Part shown: positions 10,313 to 24,229 of the stretch, in pieces
How the letters are laid out: each line of letters opens with the position of its first letter
How positions within the stretch are numbered: the stretch's first letter is position 1
Assembly: GCA_024679065.1 (NCBI GenBank)
Contig: JAGIQG010000004.1
Coordinates: 90,396,001 to 90,460,000 of the forward strand
Direction: 5' to 3'
Origin: Sphyrna mokarran
Lineage: Eukaryota
Length of the DNA: 64,000 nt
Notes under the pieces: model-generated
Databases searched by the model: none
Told to the model about the DNA's origin: nothing
Seen by the model: the letters and a program-made list of their open reading frames with translations, nothing else
Made by a program: the position numbers and the translations under genes

Positions 10313-12609
10313 TAAAAATTAGAAATGCTTCATAAACTATTTCATTAGCTATGCAGAAAATAGGGGATACCCTGAAATAGTGAAATATAAAAAATATAAA
10401 TGCCAGTTCTTTCCTGCTCTTCATCACTACTGGCCTTTGTTATTATGATTCGTAATAGCATGATGATTGGTAGAAACCAGGAACTGAGAGCTGGTACTGC
10501 TGATTTTTCAGATGTGTGAACAGAGCAAGCCTGGACATCCACACTAGGAAAACATATTAGCCCTGTGAGTTTCTGGTCAGTGAACTTATTTCATCCTGCA
10601 CACAAAAACATTCTATAATGTACAGAAGGCAAGAAGCAGAATTATGTTTTTGATGGGAAATTCTTCAAAATCCCATTCACAGTGACTATTCCAACAAAAT
10701 AAATGTTTCCAATTACAACCCTGGGAAAGACAACATAAAGCCTATAAATAGAAGATGAATTCCAATCCAATAAAAAAAAGCTGAAAATTGAGGCTTTCGG
10801 GGTCAGTCACAAAGAGCAATCTCACAGCACTACATTTTCCCAGGAATAATGCAACAATGAAAGTTTAACCTTCCAGCAGACATGTCATGACAGTGAATTT
10901 GCAAAGATTTCCATTGCCAACAGGGTTCTTTGCTTATTGGCTTTCTCCATTCCCTGTCTTCCCTGAAAGGCTTAGACTCACTTCAACAGGCATGGGCTGT
11001 CCTCTGGTACCTGATCCAACTAACCATTCATTACATGTGAGCATGTCTGCCAGGAGGACATCTGGCCATGGTTTTCAGCTCCTCCTGCCAAACATTTTCT
11101 GACATTTTCCAAAATATTTTGGAGATATCTTTTGTACAAGAGAAACACTATAAAAAATTAAACTGCAAGGGAGCATTTCAGCTGAGCCTAATCTTATGCT
11201 CACTCTGTACTTGCTTGCAAGCACACCCAGTTTGCTTGCTAAACAACTTTCAGAAGTGGAGACCCCGGCTAACATTTGTTCACATCCTAATCCAGGAATA
11301 TAATGGATACACATTGCTGCCTAACTACTTCCTTGATGGAGATCAGTTGACTTGGCACGGACCAGGGATTGAAATTTACTTCTACAGATTGCAGTTATAA
11401 ACTGAGCCAAGGCAAAGTTAAAGCTTTCCTGCTATTACTATCACATTGTTCTGCTGTTTCTATTATAATGGATGGACTTGATCTGCCTAGTTTGCATATT
11501 TCCGGCGATATTGGAATTTTAATTGATGACAAAATCATGACTTTAAAGCTGAGTCAATGTTACTAAAATATTTTTTAAATATTACGTTTCTTACTAAGAC
11601 AGTAACTACATGATATAGAAGGGCCTGTATCCAAGCTACTATCAGCATCATGCTGCCCACTTTACACCCTATACTTACCCAACGTTGCATGGCTACACTG
11701 TAACTGCTGTGTCGTTCATTGGACACTCAAATATATTTTAGATGATAAGTGCTGACGAGCTATTCCAGCAATGCTAAATATCAGCCTCTCTTCTACAGTT
11801 AGAAGGAGTGAATCAGCAGTTTGTCTGTTTTCAATTTTGCAGCCTCTCATGTGTAAACATTAGGCCAGTAATCCACAGCACTTTCCATACTGGAGAACAA
11901 GAGCTGGAACCTTCTTGTAACCATTTTATTTATAGCAATAAACAATGCCCACCATGTAAACTAGGAATTATTATAACCGGAAGGCTGTTTTCTGTCACTA
12001 CTCAAGAAGTGGGAGCTCTTACAATTGTGAAAGACAGAAGGAAAAAATAATGGAGGGGAGGAAAAGCTACATCAATGTCACCTTGCTGCCTGCTGCAGTC
12101 ACATAATGGCTGCAACATTCTGCCTTTAACTTGATTGATGTTTTTGATAAGAAATACAAACAACTTGCAAATTGAAATTTCACGATTCAGATTTTTAACT
12201 GTCAAATGAATTAAATGTCCTGAGCATTTTGCAAATTACCAACATTTAAGAGTAGGTTAGAGCGGGTAAAGGAAGTGAAGAAATGGAAACAGTGTTGTCA
12301 AATACATTATAACAAATGTTTTTGCAGAGTACAAATGGAATGGTTAGACTGAATAGCCAATTCTGCAATGTAATATCTTTGTCATCTGTTTGAATATACA
12401 ATAGCTTTATTAGGACAATGGACTAAGAGTTTAGGAGTAGGATGACAACTGGAAATGTGTGATTAGTCTAACAAAATATGTTGGGTGCAAAGATGGGATC
12501 ATTTGTGGATATTTCAGTGAGGAGGTCCTCAGAGCAGGATACTGAATACATTGTCAGTGGCTGGACATGATGTCAATGAACTTTCTTATGTCTGGCTCCC
12601 TTGAAGATG

Positions 12610-13386
12610 GATCTGGGGATTTTTGCAAAATTTTCACTCTTATATCAAAGGAGTTACTGAGAGTGCCATCTCCCAAACAAGTGCGAAACAGGAGAGAATG
12701 GCTCTTTTTTTGGCAGGCAGCAAGTCACAATCTTATGGCGTATATTGTGAAAAAAAATGTGATTCTTGCCAGTGGGGGAGGGGGAGGTGGAGCCTCAGTT
12801 CATGGGTGAAGCCGGCTGCTGATCTCTTGGGGCAGAATTGCACAAACCTGCTGATCTTCCAGTGTACTGGAAGAACTCCTGCCACTCCACCCTCCATGGA
12901 CATCGTCACCCCCTCCCTCTGCCAAAATTCACCTTTGCAGAGTTCCCACCTTCCCACTTGAAAACCCCCATCTGCAGAGTTCCCCTTTCCTTCTCGATCA
13001 TCCCATCTGCAAAGTTCCGTTTCCTCCTGCCTCGATTACCTCCATCTGTAGCATTCTCTCCCTCTCCGATCACCTCTGTCTGCAGAGTTCCATTCCCTCT
13101 CCCATTCAAGCCATCCTTGGCACTGCCTCAGCGCAGTTATAGTGCCTAGTGGGCACTGCCAGAGTTCCAGGCAGCTCTGCCCCTGACTACCAAGAGCTTC
13201 GATGGCTTCTGATTCCCGGCGAGGCCATCAGGTCTGATCTCTACTAATGGAAACCAGTTGTGGTTCTCTCTGGTGGGAAACTCAACTGGCGAGGTGGTTA
13301 ATGAAAGTGAGCCTGGACGATAGCATCTGGGACTCACGATTGATGTGCAAAGCGTATCATTAATCTTAAAATTGGGAATTTCGCCA
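12610..13386. mobile_element. Probable Harbinger-like non-autonomous element with internal degenerate tandem repeat
   Basis: GC-rich block ending in TIR-like TTGGGAATTTCGCC. About five diverged 33-38 bp units containing TGCAGAGTTCC at 12930-13110. Left boundary uncertain. Confidence 0.45.
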
Positions 13387-14369
13387 GTAAACGGAGCTGT
13401 TAAAAGCTAATTCACTGCATGCAAAACAGCACATATTATTACAAAGATGTGAGGAATTATTGTATAAATGTAATTCCTTGTTTCCCAATGGTTTGCATAC
13501 TATGAAATTCCAAACATGGCTTCACTTAAGTTTTCTCTGATTACTTTCCATTTTTGTGTTCTGCACAATGGATCTTGGTTCTTCATTTATATTTCTCAAT
13601 GAAAATGATAACTTTGGTGTTGATTTTTGATGCACTTTCATTAATGACAATGCTGTAATGAAAAGCAGAAGAGGACAATGTTAAAAATACACTGTACCCC
13701 TGCCCCCCATTACAGTAGCTCATCAGGACAAAGTTCAATGGCCCTTAAAAACAGACATGGGGTTCCTGACATGTGATTAATCTACACCAATTGACTAGAA
13801 TGTCGGCAGCAAGCCAACTTCATGCTGCTTGCTCACTTCAGTGCTTAGCCAACAATAATTGCGTGGTCTGTGGGCTGACATTGTGGCTGGCTAGAGCCAT
13901 TTAAAGCAACCAAGCACTGCTTAATGACAGCCACTCCCTCTTAAAGAAGAGGTGCTGACAGTTGAAGGAAGTAAACCTGACCTGGAAATCATTAAATAAT
14001 GGTAATACATGGGAGAGAGCATACTCCCATGGTTTTCAGATATTGTGCTGAAGGCCATGATGGAGGAGATACAATGAAGGAGGGATACCCCATATTCGCA
14101 AGGGGCTGTGAATCTGACAGAAACACAATCAAAAGGCAATGGGTGTTAATTGTAGATCAGTTGTGTTTAATTATATGCTGATGGAGAGCATTAATTGGTG
14201 TTTCATTGGAACACATATCAAGAGACACTTATTGAAACTGTGGTGTGGTTGAGTAGGAGATGCCTGCTTGTAAAGTTTCGCTTTATAAATAAGTGCAAGG
14301 CTGAGTAAAGATTGTCCCCAGTATCATTCTTCACCAAATGGCTTTCTAGATTAGAACAGCAGAAGCAAA

Positions 14370-14460
14370 TGAATATGGAGGTCAATGTTAGCGGTTGAGC
14401 TCCAAAGATCTGGATGTAGTGTGACAAGAAGTTCAATCACCTCAGTTGAGTGTCTCTAAA
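14370..14460 (+). pseudogene. Harbinger Myb/SANT gene relic
   Basis: Reads MEVNVSG*APKIWM*CDKKFNHLS, matching EVN..S.APRTWMQCRKKFNDL. Confidence 0.7.
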
Positions 14461-15864
14461 TGCTAAATACCATACTAATGTGCTACTAGTTTCCAATCTT
14501 GCTCAACCACCGTGCCACCATTACTCACCTACCACAATCAATTGGGCCTCATACCTAACATTCATATGTTCCCCAACATTCTTATACCTATCATTGCCAA
14601 AAGCCACACATATGTCTCACAACCTGTTTGTACGCATTGTCAATTATTCAAAAATATCACAACAAGATCACCCAAGCAGATTGCCCAACATTCACAGACA
14701 AACTTCTCTGTCTTCTGCTGGACGATTTGGTGCATGATATGAGCTAACCAGAAGAAGGCAAGCATGCAGCAATCCTCCCCCTCCCCCTCCTCATCCCCAT
14801 CACTGTCATGGAGGAGGACAGGGATACCATATGAACAGCTCACTGAAGGGAAAAGTGACACAGTCATTCCATTCAGACTCTGATGCAGATGTCAATAACG
14901 CAGGGCAGAAGAACATTGACTGGTATGCACAATGAAATGTCCTTGCATGGGAAGACCTATCATTGTCAACTGATAAAGCAGTCCAGCCCTAATTTAGCAC
15001 AGCTCAGAGTCTGTTCTTTCCAGAGTCAAATTGGTGGCCTATTCTATTCAAACATTTGTAGGTTTAACCATAATACTACCTCTGTTGGTCTACATCCCAT
15101 TACAGCATCAGCTACAACTATTCATTGCAGCCCCAGTGCTGCAATGAAAGCTCAAACTGAAGTCCTCAAATCCGGCTTATTCTTATGAAAGCTCAGAATA
15201 CTGCTGTCTTGATTACATTGTGCAAAAAAGCTTTCACATGTCACAGCAGTCTGACCATCTCTCCTCCAACAAATTATTAGGATTTCTGAGAACCACCCTG
15301 GGTGAATAATAGTGCTTCCATGGAAAATGAATCTGCTGTACTCTCAGGGTGACAGCATTCATCGTCCCACCCACTGGCATATTGCCAGTGCCTTTACTGT
15401 TGCCCATCAGAAAGCCAGTTCATACTGCTGCCATCTGTGTCAAGACAATGTAACCCACACCCTTGTCTTCTAGGCTCAGAGCTGCTTGACGCTCACGGCT
15501 GTCTGTAGCCTCCTCCATTGAAGGTCAGCAGCACCAATTGTGCTGAAACCACTAGGGTAGCACTGTGTAGGAGTATTTAGGCAGGCACCAAGGGAAGTTA
15601 CAAGGGTGAAAAGTTGACTTCTGCATGTAATATGGAATCATTTAATTTATAGATTTGGTTTGGATGGCTTTGTTATGTTGTGCATTGTGGCCAAGCAGAT
15701 GCTGTGATGGAAAGTTAGTGTGGGAAAATTCAGGAAGGGAAAATTGGAGTTGTATTTTTTGTTATAGAAGTCAGATGAGTGGACAGCCAAGTCAAAAAGG
15801 AGCTATCTAGGTTGTTTCCTCCTCTTCATGCTCTGTTGCTCAGCTGTTCACCATACAGCTGGGG

Positions 15865-16617
15865 TTAAAGGTGATCCTTCATGATGATGAGGTTGTGCAG
15901 CATGCAGCAGACCACCATGAAACATTAACAGTTGCTTTGCCAGTTACTGCAGGACATTTATTGTGTGACTCAGACAGCATGCCAATGGTCAGTTGTATGA
16001 CATTTTGTCTAATAACATGACAGGAGCGGCAGAGTGGTTAGCAATACTGCCTCATAGCACCAGGGACATGGGTTTGATTCCCGGCTTGGGTCACTATCTG
16101 TGCAGAGTCTGCATATTCTCCCTGTGTCTGCATGCGTTTCCTCTGGGTGCTCTCACAGTCCAAAAAACGTGCTGGTTAGCTGCAATGGCCGTGCTAAATT
16201 CTCTCTCAGCGTACCTGAACAGACGCCAGAGTGTGGTGACCAGGGCATTTTCACACTAACTTCACTGCAGCTTAAGTGTAAGCCTACTTGTGACTAATAA
16301 AGAAATTTTAATCTTAACTTTAGTTGTGAGCATGAGTTTTGTAGTGTAATTATCAGTTATCTAGGAGCTACACTTAGATGCATCATGGGCTCAAATGCAG
16401 CTGATACAGCAACGTGCCGCAGAATGAAGGAACTGTTACCTCTGAAAGGATAACCAGTATTTAACTGCATGCTTTACTGCCTATGGTGAGACACCAACTG
16501 GACACTGAGTCAGTGGAAAGTCCTTTAGCTCCAGTTCCAGTTCCAGAACAGAGTGGAGTTAGTATGCATAACCCACAAAGTGATAGGCATGAAGTCAGTG
16601 CCATACTGCACTGTGGG
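15865..16617 (-). pseudogene. HARBI1-like Harbinger DDE transposase relic, split by a V-SINE and truncated by a CR1
   Basis: Minus strand reads PTVQYGTDFMPITL...LSVQLVSHHRQ..MQLNTGYPFRGNSSFILRH, then NVIQLTIGML...FMVVCCMLHNLIIM. These match the motifs GAIDCTH, S.NVQ.VCD, PGS.HD..IL, R..IE..IG.LK and CC.LHN. Confidence 0.85.
16023..16308 (+). mobile_element. V-SINE with alternative tail
   Basis: tRNA head GCGGCAGAGTGGTTAGCAATACTGCCTCATAGC, B box GGTTTGATTCC, V-core, and tail TGTAAGCCTACTTGTGACTAATAAAG. Confidence 0.85.
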
Positions 16618-16868
16618 GAACACAAGAACATGAGAACTAGGAGCAGGAATAGGCCATCTGGCTGCTTGAGCCTGCTTTGCCATTCAATAAGATCATGGCT
16701 GATCTTTTTGTGTACTCAGCTCCACTTACCTGTCTGCTCACCATAACCCTTAATTCCTTTACTGTTCAAAAATGTATCTATTCTTGCCTTAAAAACATTC
16801 AATGAGGTAGACTCAACTGCTTCACTGGGCAGGGAATTCCAGAGATTCATAGCCTTTTTTGTGAAGAA
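16618..16868 (-). mobile_element. CR1 LINE 3' end
   Basis: ORF 16716-16985 ends FFTKKAMNLWNSLPSEAVESTSLNVFKARIDTFLNSKGIKGYG, the typical CR1 ORF2 C-terminus, followed by the 3' UTR and tail. Confidence 0.9.
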
Positions 16869-18012
16869 ACAAAGTGTCAGCAAAGTGACAACAGTTTTAT
16901 ATATAGCGAGATCCCAGAAAGAACAATGATCTAAGATCAGTTGAAAGGAAAGGAATATTACAGATTCAGTTTGTGATGTTCTCAATAATGGAACTCCATG
17001 GATTCAGGATTTGATTGTTTTAGTATGAAAAACTTTCCAAAGTAGTGTCCTCTTTATCTTCTCTTATCTTCTCACCCTCCAACCTCTTCCAAGGTGTATT
17101 GCGATCTGATTTCCCACATAAATGTTGGAAAGTTGTTTCTTGTTTCAGCTCCTCCTTTTCTGAAACACTGCACAGCGACAGAGGGTTGAGGAGAATTTGG
17201 AAGAATATTAATTGGCTGGATGACTACAATCACAATTCTCACTGAGTAATTTGCTTCACAAAACATGATAGCAGAATCTATGAAATAATAACAAGCATTT
17301 TTCCTGATGTATTTTATTTTTAAGTTAAAAGCTGGTTACACGGAATAAAAATGTTCACTTTTTATTGATATTTAACCAGAGGATAAGTCTTTTAAAACAA
17401 TTGACCTTTCAAATCGCTTCAGTTTGTTTCAAATATAACTGTGGACTTCCAAATCACTTTCTTTGTATTTGAATTGTAGCTGCCCCCATCCTTTTTTGAT
17501 TAGTAATTCTCAGCCCCTTGTAAAGTTGAGTAGCTTTTCTGAATCATCCAAGAATGAGAGATAACACAGAGACTTTGTGGACAGGAAAAAAAATACACTT
17601 AAGTTTTATAGTATCTCTTACTATCCCCAGATGTCTCAAAATGTTCTACAGCTAATGACAGCTCATGGCAGACAGCAAAAAACGCACATGAAATTGATAT
17701 TTACATTGCAGCTTAACCCAACAATTGTATGTTGTTTTATACCAACTTAAACAGAAATAGTCGAGTTCATAACCACAGGTAAATTGCTAAAGTTACATTA
17801 ATCATTTATCAGTTTACTGTTGTATACATTTGTTCAAGTCAAAAGCCTAATCAACATTTGCTCCATTGATTTCCAAAGTAGAGAAGATTATATGAGATAA
17901 TTGTTTTTTTATGGTATGATTAAAAAGTGTTTTACGTTCCTGAGAAACTTCAAAGTTGACCAAATGTTGGGCAGATTAAAAAACAGACTATAGAAAGCAA
18001 GGGCTCGCTTAA

Positions 18013-18309
18013 AGAATCATCACAGAATCCCTACAGTGCAAAAGGAGCCATTCGGCCCACCAAGCCTGCACCAACAATAATCCCATCCAAGCCCTATCTC
18101 CATAACTCCACATATTTGCGCAATAATCCCCCTGCTATTAAGGGCAATTCAACACCGCCAGTCAACCTAATCTGACATCTTTGGAGTGTGGGAGGAAAGC
18201 AGTCAACCCATGCAGACGGGAGAACGTGCAAACTCCGCACAGTCACCCTGAATCAAACCCGAGTCCTTTGCGCTGTGAGGCAGCAGTGCTAACCATTGTG
18301 TCACCATGC
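18013..18309 (-). mobile_element. HE1 SINE
   Basis: Minus strand GCATGGTGACACAATGGTTAGCACTGCTGCCTCACAGCGC, V-core, tail revcomp AGAATCATCACAGAATCCCTACAGTGCA. Confidence 0.85.
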
Positions 18310-19064
18310 TATCTCTGTAGAATTGCTTCAGGATTGAACCTGAGAAAGGAGACCCCAAATGTGACCATGATTGTAAATTAAGATGAGAAATAATATCACT
18401 GAACAATTAACAATGCAAATATATGGAGAAACAGCACGCAATAATAGTTAAAGTATCTACAAATCCTCAAGAAGATGTGGAGGTATTGAAACTAAAGCCT
18501 GCTGTGAAGGAAAATTGAGAGGTTATGAGGAACTCTAAATAACAATCATCTATTCAGGGACATCAAGACTGACTGATGTCACAAAATGTGGATTGGAGAA
18601 CAATATGCAACTTCAGAGCAGAATGGACAAATATTTGTCTGATGAAATTGAAGGTGGAGAAATGCAATATGATACGGGAGAAATAAAATGAAGATGTGTT
18701 TAAATGTAAAATTTCAGTTGAGTGGTAGAAATCATAGGAGTTGATAAAGTTGTTTTTTAACTTTTCAGATATAGAGGCATAAAGTATGAAATCAAAAATA
18801 TAAACTATTTTTCTACTGAATTATAACATTGCCCTACTTTAGAAATAATGTCCATGAAAATAATGCAAAAGAGATTCACTAAGATGATATCAGAGAGGCT
18901 TTAATTATGAATATAGATTAGAAAACCTTCTTTGGGAAAGAGACAGGTATAAAAACTGTATGAAAATCCTCCCAATGCACAAAATGTTTTCTACCAGGTG
19001 CAAAATTATGTTTAACAAAGTATTGGCAAAAACTGAGATTTTTGGCCAAAAATTTATTTGATGG

Positions 19065-20110
19065 ACATCTTAATTAGGTCATTCCTCAGCCCCCTCTGTT
19101 TTAAGGAAAACAGCCCTAGCCTATCAAATCATTTTTCATAGCTGCAATTTTTAAGGCCTGGCAATATTCTTGTAAATCTCTCCAGAGCAAGTACATTCTC
19201 CCTGTAATGTGATAACCAAAACTATAAATACGGAGTTTCAGGTATGGTCCAATCAGCATTTTATACAGTTTCATCATTATACCCCTACTTTTTTATTCAA
19301 ATCCCACCTACTGAAGAACAACACTCTATATGCTGTCTTGATCACTTTATCCCCCTGTCCTGCCATCTTCAGTTACCTATGGATAAACATTCCAACATCT
19401 TTCACTTACTTCCTTGAGCCCTCTCACTATGCTCCAATTTATTGAATATTTCCTTGCTTTGTTTGCCTTTCCCAAATGCATTACTGTACAATTTTCTGGA
19501 TCGATTTACATTTGTCATTTTTCCACCCATTCAATCAAACATTGATATCATTCTGGAATTGACAATTATCCTCTTCACCTGCAAATTTCACAATCATCTC
19601 TCCCACAATTAAGTCTTAATCATTAATATATACCACAAACAGTAGGGGACCCAAGAGTGAGCCCTATGGCGGGATCACTGGAATAGGACTTCCATTTGCA
19701 AAAACATGCATTGACAATTACCTTTGTTTCTTGTCATTGAGCCAATTCTGTATCCAACTTACCACCTTTTCCTGTGTCCCATGGCATCTTACTTTTCTGA
19801 CCAGTCTGCCAAGTGGGTAATTGTCAAATGCCCAACTAAAATTCACGGAAACAACATTCACATACTTCCATCATCAATCCCCCTTATTATTTCTGCAAAG
19901 ATTTTGATCAAAAGACAATCTTCCCCTAACAAAACCATACTGACCGTCCCTGATCAATTTGTGCCTTTCTATGAAACAATTATCCTGTCTCTCAGAATTC
20001 ATTCCAGTTATATGCCCACCATTGAAATCAGACTAATTGACGTATAATTTTTTAGCCTATCCTACGTAGTCTTTTTAAATAATGGTACAATGTTTGTAGG
20101 CCTCCAGTCC
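19065..20110 (-). mobile_element. Decayed CR1 ORF2 (reverse transcriptase) fragment
   Basis: Collinear with the better-preserved CR1 at 59385-60545 (CCAAATGCATTACTGTACA, ATCATTAATATATACCACAAAC, GCCAATTCTGTATCCAA). Multiple stops. Confidence 0.75.
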
Positions 20111-20419
20111 TGATCCTTGTTTTAGTTTTAGACTTTTCACAAGGTAACAAATCTATTATTGTTTGACAAAAACCTTAATATTACCATGTTGTGTTATTCC
20201 ACAGTGCTAAACAAAAGATAGAGAATGTAAAGGTTTCAATGAGAGTGATCTTAACCCACTCTTGCAGGTTGACATTAAGATTAATTTAATTGTTTCTCAT
20301 CTAACCTGTCTTTCTGAAGATCACAAATCTGTGCTACTTATTAAATTTTTCACTTCCGCCTTACATTTGAAATCTACAGGCTTCATAACTCCTCAGCTAC
20401 AGGCACGGCACAAGTAGCA

Positions 20420-21140
20420 AGTACTGGACAACATTCAACCATGAGCTGATATGCAACAATTTCAGAAGACACATATATAGGTTACATTTGTGCCACACCA
20501 GTGTCAAGCAATGACCTTATCCAAAAAAGAGAATCTAATCACCCCTCCATAACATCCATCAATACTTTGTCTTGCCATTGACCAGAAACTGAACTGGACT
20601 ATTCATATAAATACCACTTCTATAAGAGCAGGTCAGAAGTTGTGAACTCTACAGTTATCAACTCACTATCTAATTCTAAAAACCTGTCCATCATCTACAA
20701 AACAGAAGTCAGATGAGTGGATGGATGAGTGTAGCTCCAACTACTCTAAAGAAGATTGACCCCATCCAAGACAAAGCAACTTGTTTGACAGACACCTTAT
20801 CCATCACCTTAGACAGTCACTCTCTTCAAAATCAGTGCACAGTGTGTAGCACATAACATATACACTTGCCAAGGTTTCTACGACATCTTCACTTAGAACA
20901 CGGCCAGTGGACACATGGGAACAACCATCACCTTCAAGTTCCCTTCCAAGTCACACACTTTCCCAATTTAGAAATATATTGCCATTCATTCATTGTCACT
21001 GGGTCAAAACTCTACAACTCTTTACCTCACAAAATTGTGTATTCTCATCAGCTGGAATGCATCTATTCAAGAAGGCAGCTCACTACCACCTTTTCAATGG
21101 GAATTCAGGATGGACAATAAGTTGTCATTTTGACAGTGCT
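20420..21140 (+). mobile_element. 3' portion of a CR1/L2-group LINE
   Basis: CTGGACAACATTCAACCATGAGCTGAT...CCATTGACCAGAAACTGAACTGGAC...AAGAAGGCAGCTCACTACCACCTTTTCAATGGGAATTCAGGATGGACAATAA. This is an RT C-terminal region plus a tail shared with the SINE at 61205. Confidence 0.75.
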
Positions 21141-21452
21141 ACCCAAAGGATATATCTTCCCATGGGGAATCTTAAAATGGGAGGCACAGTTAAAGTAAGG
21201 GATCTCTCATTTAAGATGAAGATGAGGAGGGATTTCTTCTCTCAAAAGGTCATTCTTCTTTGGGATTTTTTTCACGTAGGGCATTAAAGAATGGGTCACT
21301 GAATGCATTCAAGGCTGATTGATAACTGAGTCAAGGGTTATGAGGAATAGGCACGGAAGCTATAAGGCCACAGTAAGATCAGATAGGGTCTTTTTCAATA
21401 ATTGAGCAGGCATGATGGGCAGAATGGCTCACGCCTGCTCCTGTTTCTTATG
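21140..21452 (+). mobile_element. CR1 LINE 3' end
   Basis: Encodes VKVRDLSFKMKMRRDFFSQKVILLWD (CR1 ORF2 C-terminus) and ends GAATGGCTCACGCCTGCTCCTGTTTCTTATG. Confidence 0.75.
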
Positions 21453-22469
21453 GTCTTGCAAAAATATGAGATTTTCCTACTGTTCCACTGCTATAATCAT
21501 CTTTGTTTATTTTATTTTGCTGTCGTCATGCCCACAAAAGAAGTTTTATTTAAAAGAAAAATACTTCCTGACTTTTCATTGGTTTAGTGATGAGATGCCG
21601 TGCGGTAATTAAATGTATATTCTATCCATCATTAGCATAAACTTAACAATACTTAGAATATTTCCACACCACTGTGGTGGTGTTTGGAATGAGGAGGTGT
21701 TCAAAGAAGTCACTGATTTGCTCATGATTATTAGTAATTACCATAGGTATGTGAATGTGCTGCTAATAACTAACGTGATTTTCATTCCATTGCTGCATAA
21801 TATCTCCAGCCGCCACTCATTATTTCATGGAAGCTCGGACAGTTTCAATGGACCCCTAAGGGTTTGCAGATTTCAGCTTCAGAGCCATTGCGTTAGCAAA
21901 ATCCCAAGTGTGGATAGTCACTCCCTGCTTCAAACAAGGAGATATTTTGTGATTTAAGGTCAAACCTAATGAAGAAAATAGGCATTACAGAATGTTTTAG
22001 AAACAGAGGCTAATAAGAACAGGGGTTGCTACACAAAGAGGTTCTTTCCCTGTGTGACAGCAATATCCTGTAAATATCAGATTACAGCTCATTTGTGACT
22101 TTTTAGAATTGATGGGAGCTCAGGGCTTTTGATACATTGACTTACTATAATTATTATTCTGTGAACAAATTATATTCTTATTCCCTAGAGTTCTTAATCT
22201 GTCCACAGAAAACTCTGTGTATATGAATCATCAACCAACTCCTGAATGGATTTACAGCTGACAGCCACCCAAGGGAATTTGAGCTGCTATATTTTTGGAA
22301 CCTGTCATGATTTTATTGCAATTGTATTAATGATGTCCACAGTTTCTGAGTCAACATGTTTGTTCAAAAGTCAATTCTCTTCTTTGGAAAGGACCACAAG
22401 TTAATTTAAGAATTTTCTTTCCTCCTGAATGCAGTTTGGTTGATGGTAAAGTTTGTTGCATGACTTCCT

Positions 22470-24229
22470 CAGATAGCCCAATGTGACACCGAATCAAATG
22501 AATGTACGAATGGCTCCATTGAGCACAAAGGCTGAGGAGGTCATCACCAACTACAATAAGCTGTTTTACAGGTTATTGGAACAGTACTCTGAGTTCTACT
22601 CCAGGGAGAAGATTAAACCGAGGAGGCTCTCGGCTGGGAAACCTACCTGGTGGCAGAGCTGGACTTTGAACGTAGTGACGAGCATCTTCGCAAAGCTATT
22701 GCCTCACTTTTAATGAGCAAAGCTCCACGTACTATTCTTACGTCACCTGAACTCATCAGACATGAGAAACTGGCATCCCTGCAACATTAACAAAAATTTC
22801 TCTGTCTCTGCTATAGGGAAGGGGCAGTGGTCCAGGATATGTGCAATGCAAAGTTTATGACCAGGTACAAGAACAAGGGTGACTGTAGCAACTATAGAGA
22901 TATCTTCATGCTGAGCATCATATGGAAAAAGTATTTTTCTGAGTTGCCATGTCAGACTGAAGATCCTGGCTGAATACATTCACCCTGAATCCCAGTGTGT
23001 TTTCAGAGCTTGTAATAAAAGAAATGAATAAAGAAGATCATTGAACATTGCTTTCATCAGTCACATCAAGGCATGCAATCAGGTGAGCAGCAGTGATCTT
23101 TTAAGTTGTCCACTGAAGTGGAGGACAGTTACAACAATATAATCTTTTGAGATCACAGTGCGTTCTGATTACCAATGCTTTCTGGTCTATTTTTCTCCTT
23201 GCTGCTGGCATTTGCCTTCAGGTCATCCACAGAGGCTGTCTATTGACATTCCAAAACAGATGGAAAGCTGTTCAATCTTACTCAATTGAGATCCAAGACA
23301 AGTGTGCCAAGTCCTTAGACTTGCTGTAGACTAATGATTGCATACTAATATTCAATACCGAAGAACATTTTCAATGGCAAATGGACATTCTTTGGTTTCA
23401 CCATCGGCATTGTAGTCCAGAATGTTGTTAGACCATCATTGACAATGTGACGCTGGAGAGTATTGATAGCTTTGCATATCTTGGCTCCAATATATAATTT
23501 TGATGTTGAAATCAACACGCACAGTATAGAAGCTGTTATGTTCAAGTTGAGTAACAGAGTGTGGAACAACAGCAACTTCATTGAGAACATCAAACTGTGA
23601 CTCTACAAGCCTGCATCCTCAGCACACCCCCTTACAGCAGTTGAGATCAGGAAAACGTACACTTGGCACGAGAAAAGCTGAACAGTTTCTACCTTCACTG
23701 TCTGAGACATTTCCTTGGCATTTCTTGGAGGGATAATGTTATCAATGTGGAGATCCTGACATGTGCTAGTTCTATTTGCTATATCATTGATAACCCAATA
23801 CGTCTGCACTAGCTTGGCTGCATTCATTGGATGGGTAATAGCCATATGTCCAAAGATCCTTTGAACTGGGCATTGGATTGTGTCCTCCTGGCATGACATT
23901 TCTCTTGGGCATTTATACTTGCAGTACAAGAACACCTGCAAGCAATGGCAGACATTGACACTGACAGCTGGGAAACAATTGCTGCTGGCCGTGACTTGTG
24001 GAGGCTGACTGTTTGGAAGGCCATTGGAAGAGGTAAGCAGAAATGAAAAGTTTAGCTGGTCGAGAAAGGGGCCAGGAAAAACAGAGGCCAGTGAAACATG
24101 CACCATTCCTGTTCACTCTCTTCCTCTGCACCTAGTGTAGCAGAGGCGCCCATGCCAAAGTGGGACTCCCTGAGCTACATCAGGTGATCCTTAACACAGA
24201 GCTGACCACTACACTATAAACCATCATCT
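22470..24229 (+). mobile_element. Decayed RTE-clade LINE (RT region to 3' end)
   Basis: QDMCNAKFMTRYKNKGDCSNYRDIFMLSI near 22830-22920 matches RTE PQDMRDA.I.TLYKNKGD...NYRGISLLS. Also HPESQCVF and LNSFYLHCLRHFLGISWRD. Confidence 0.85.

Noticed and set aside
17133-17251. Possible coding exon (acceptor TTGTTTCAG, donor GTAATT)
   Set aside because: The donor is weak, all frames contain or end in a stop, and no peptide is recognisable.
23603-24106. Longest ORF in the track (167 aa, minus strand)
   Set aside because: It is antisense to the decayed RTE coding region and has no recognisable domain.
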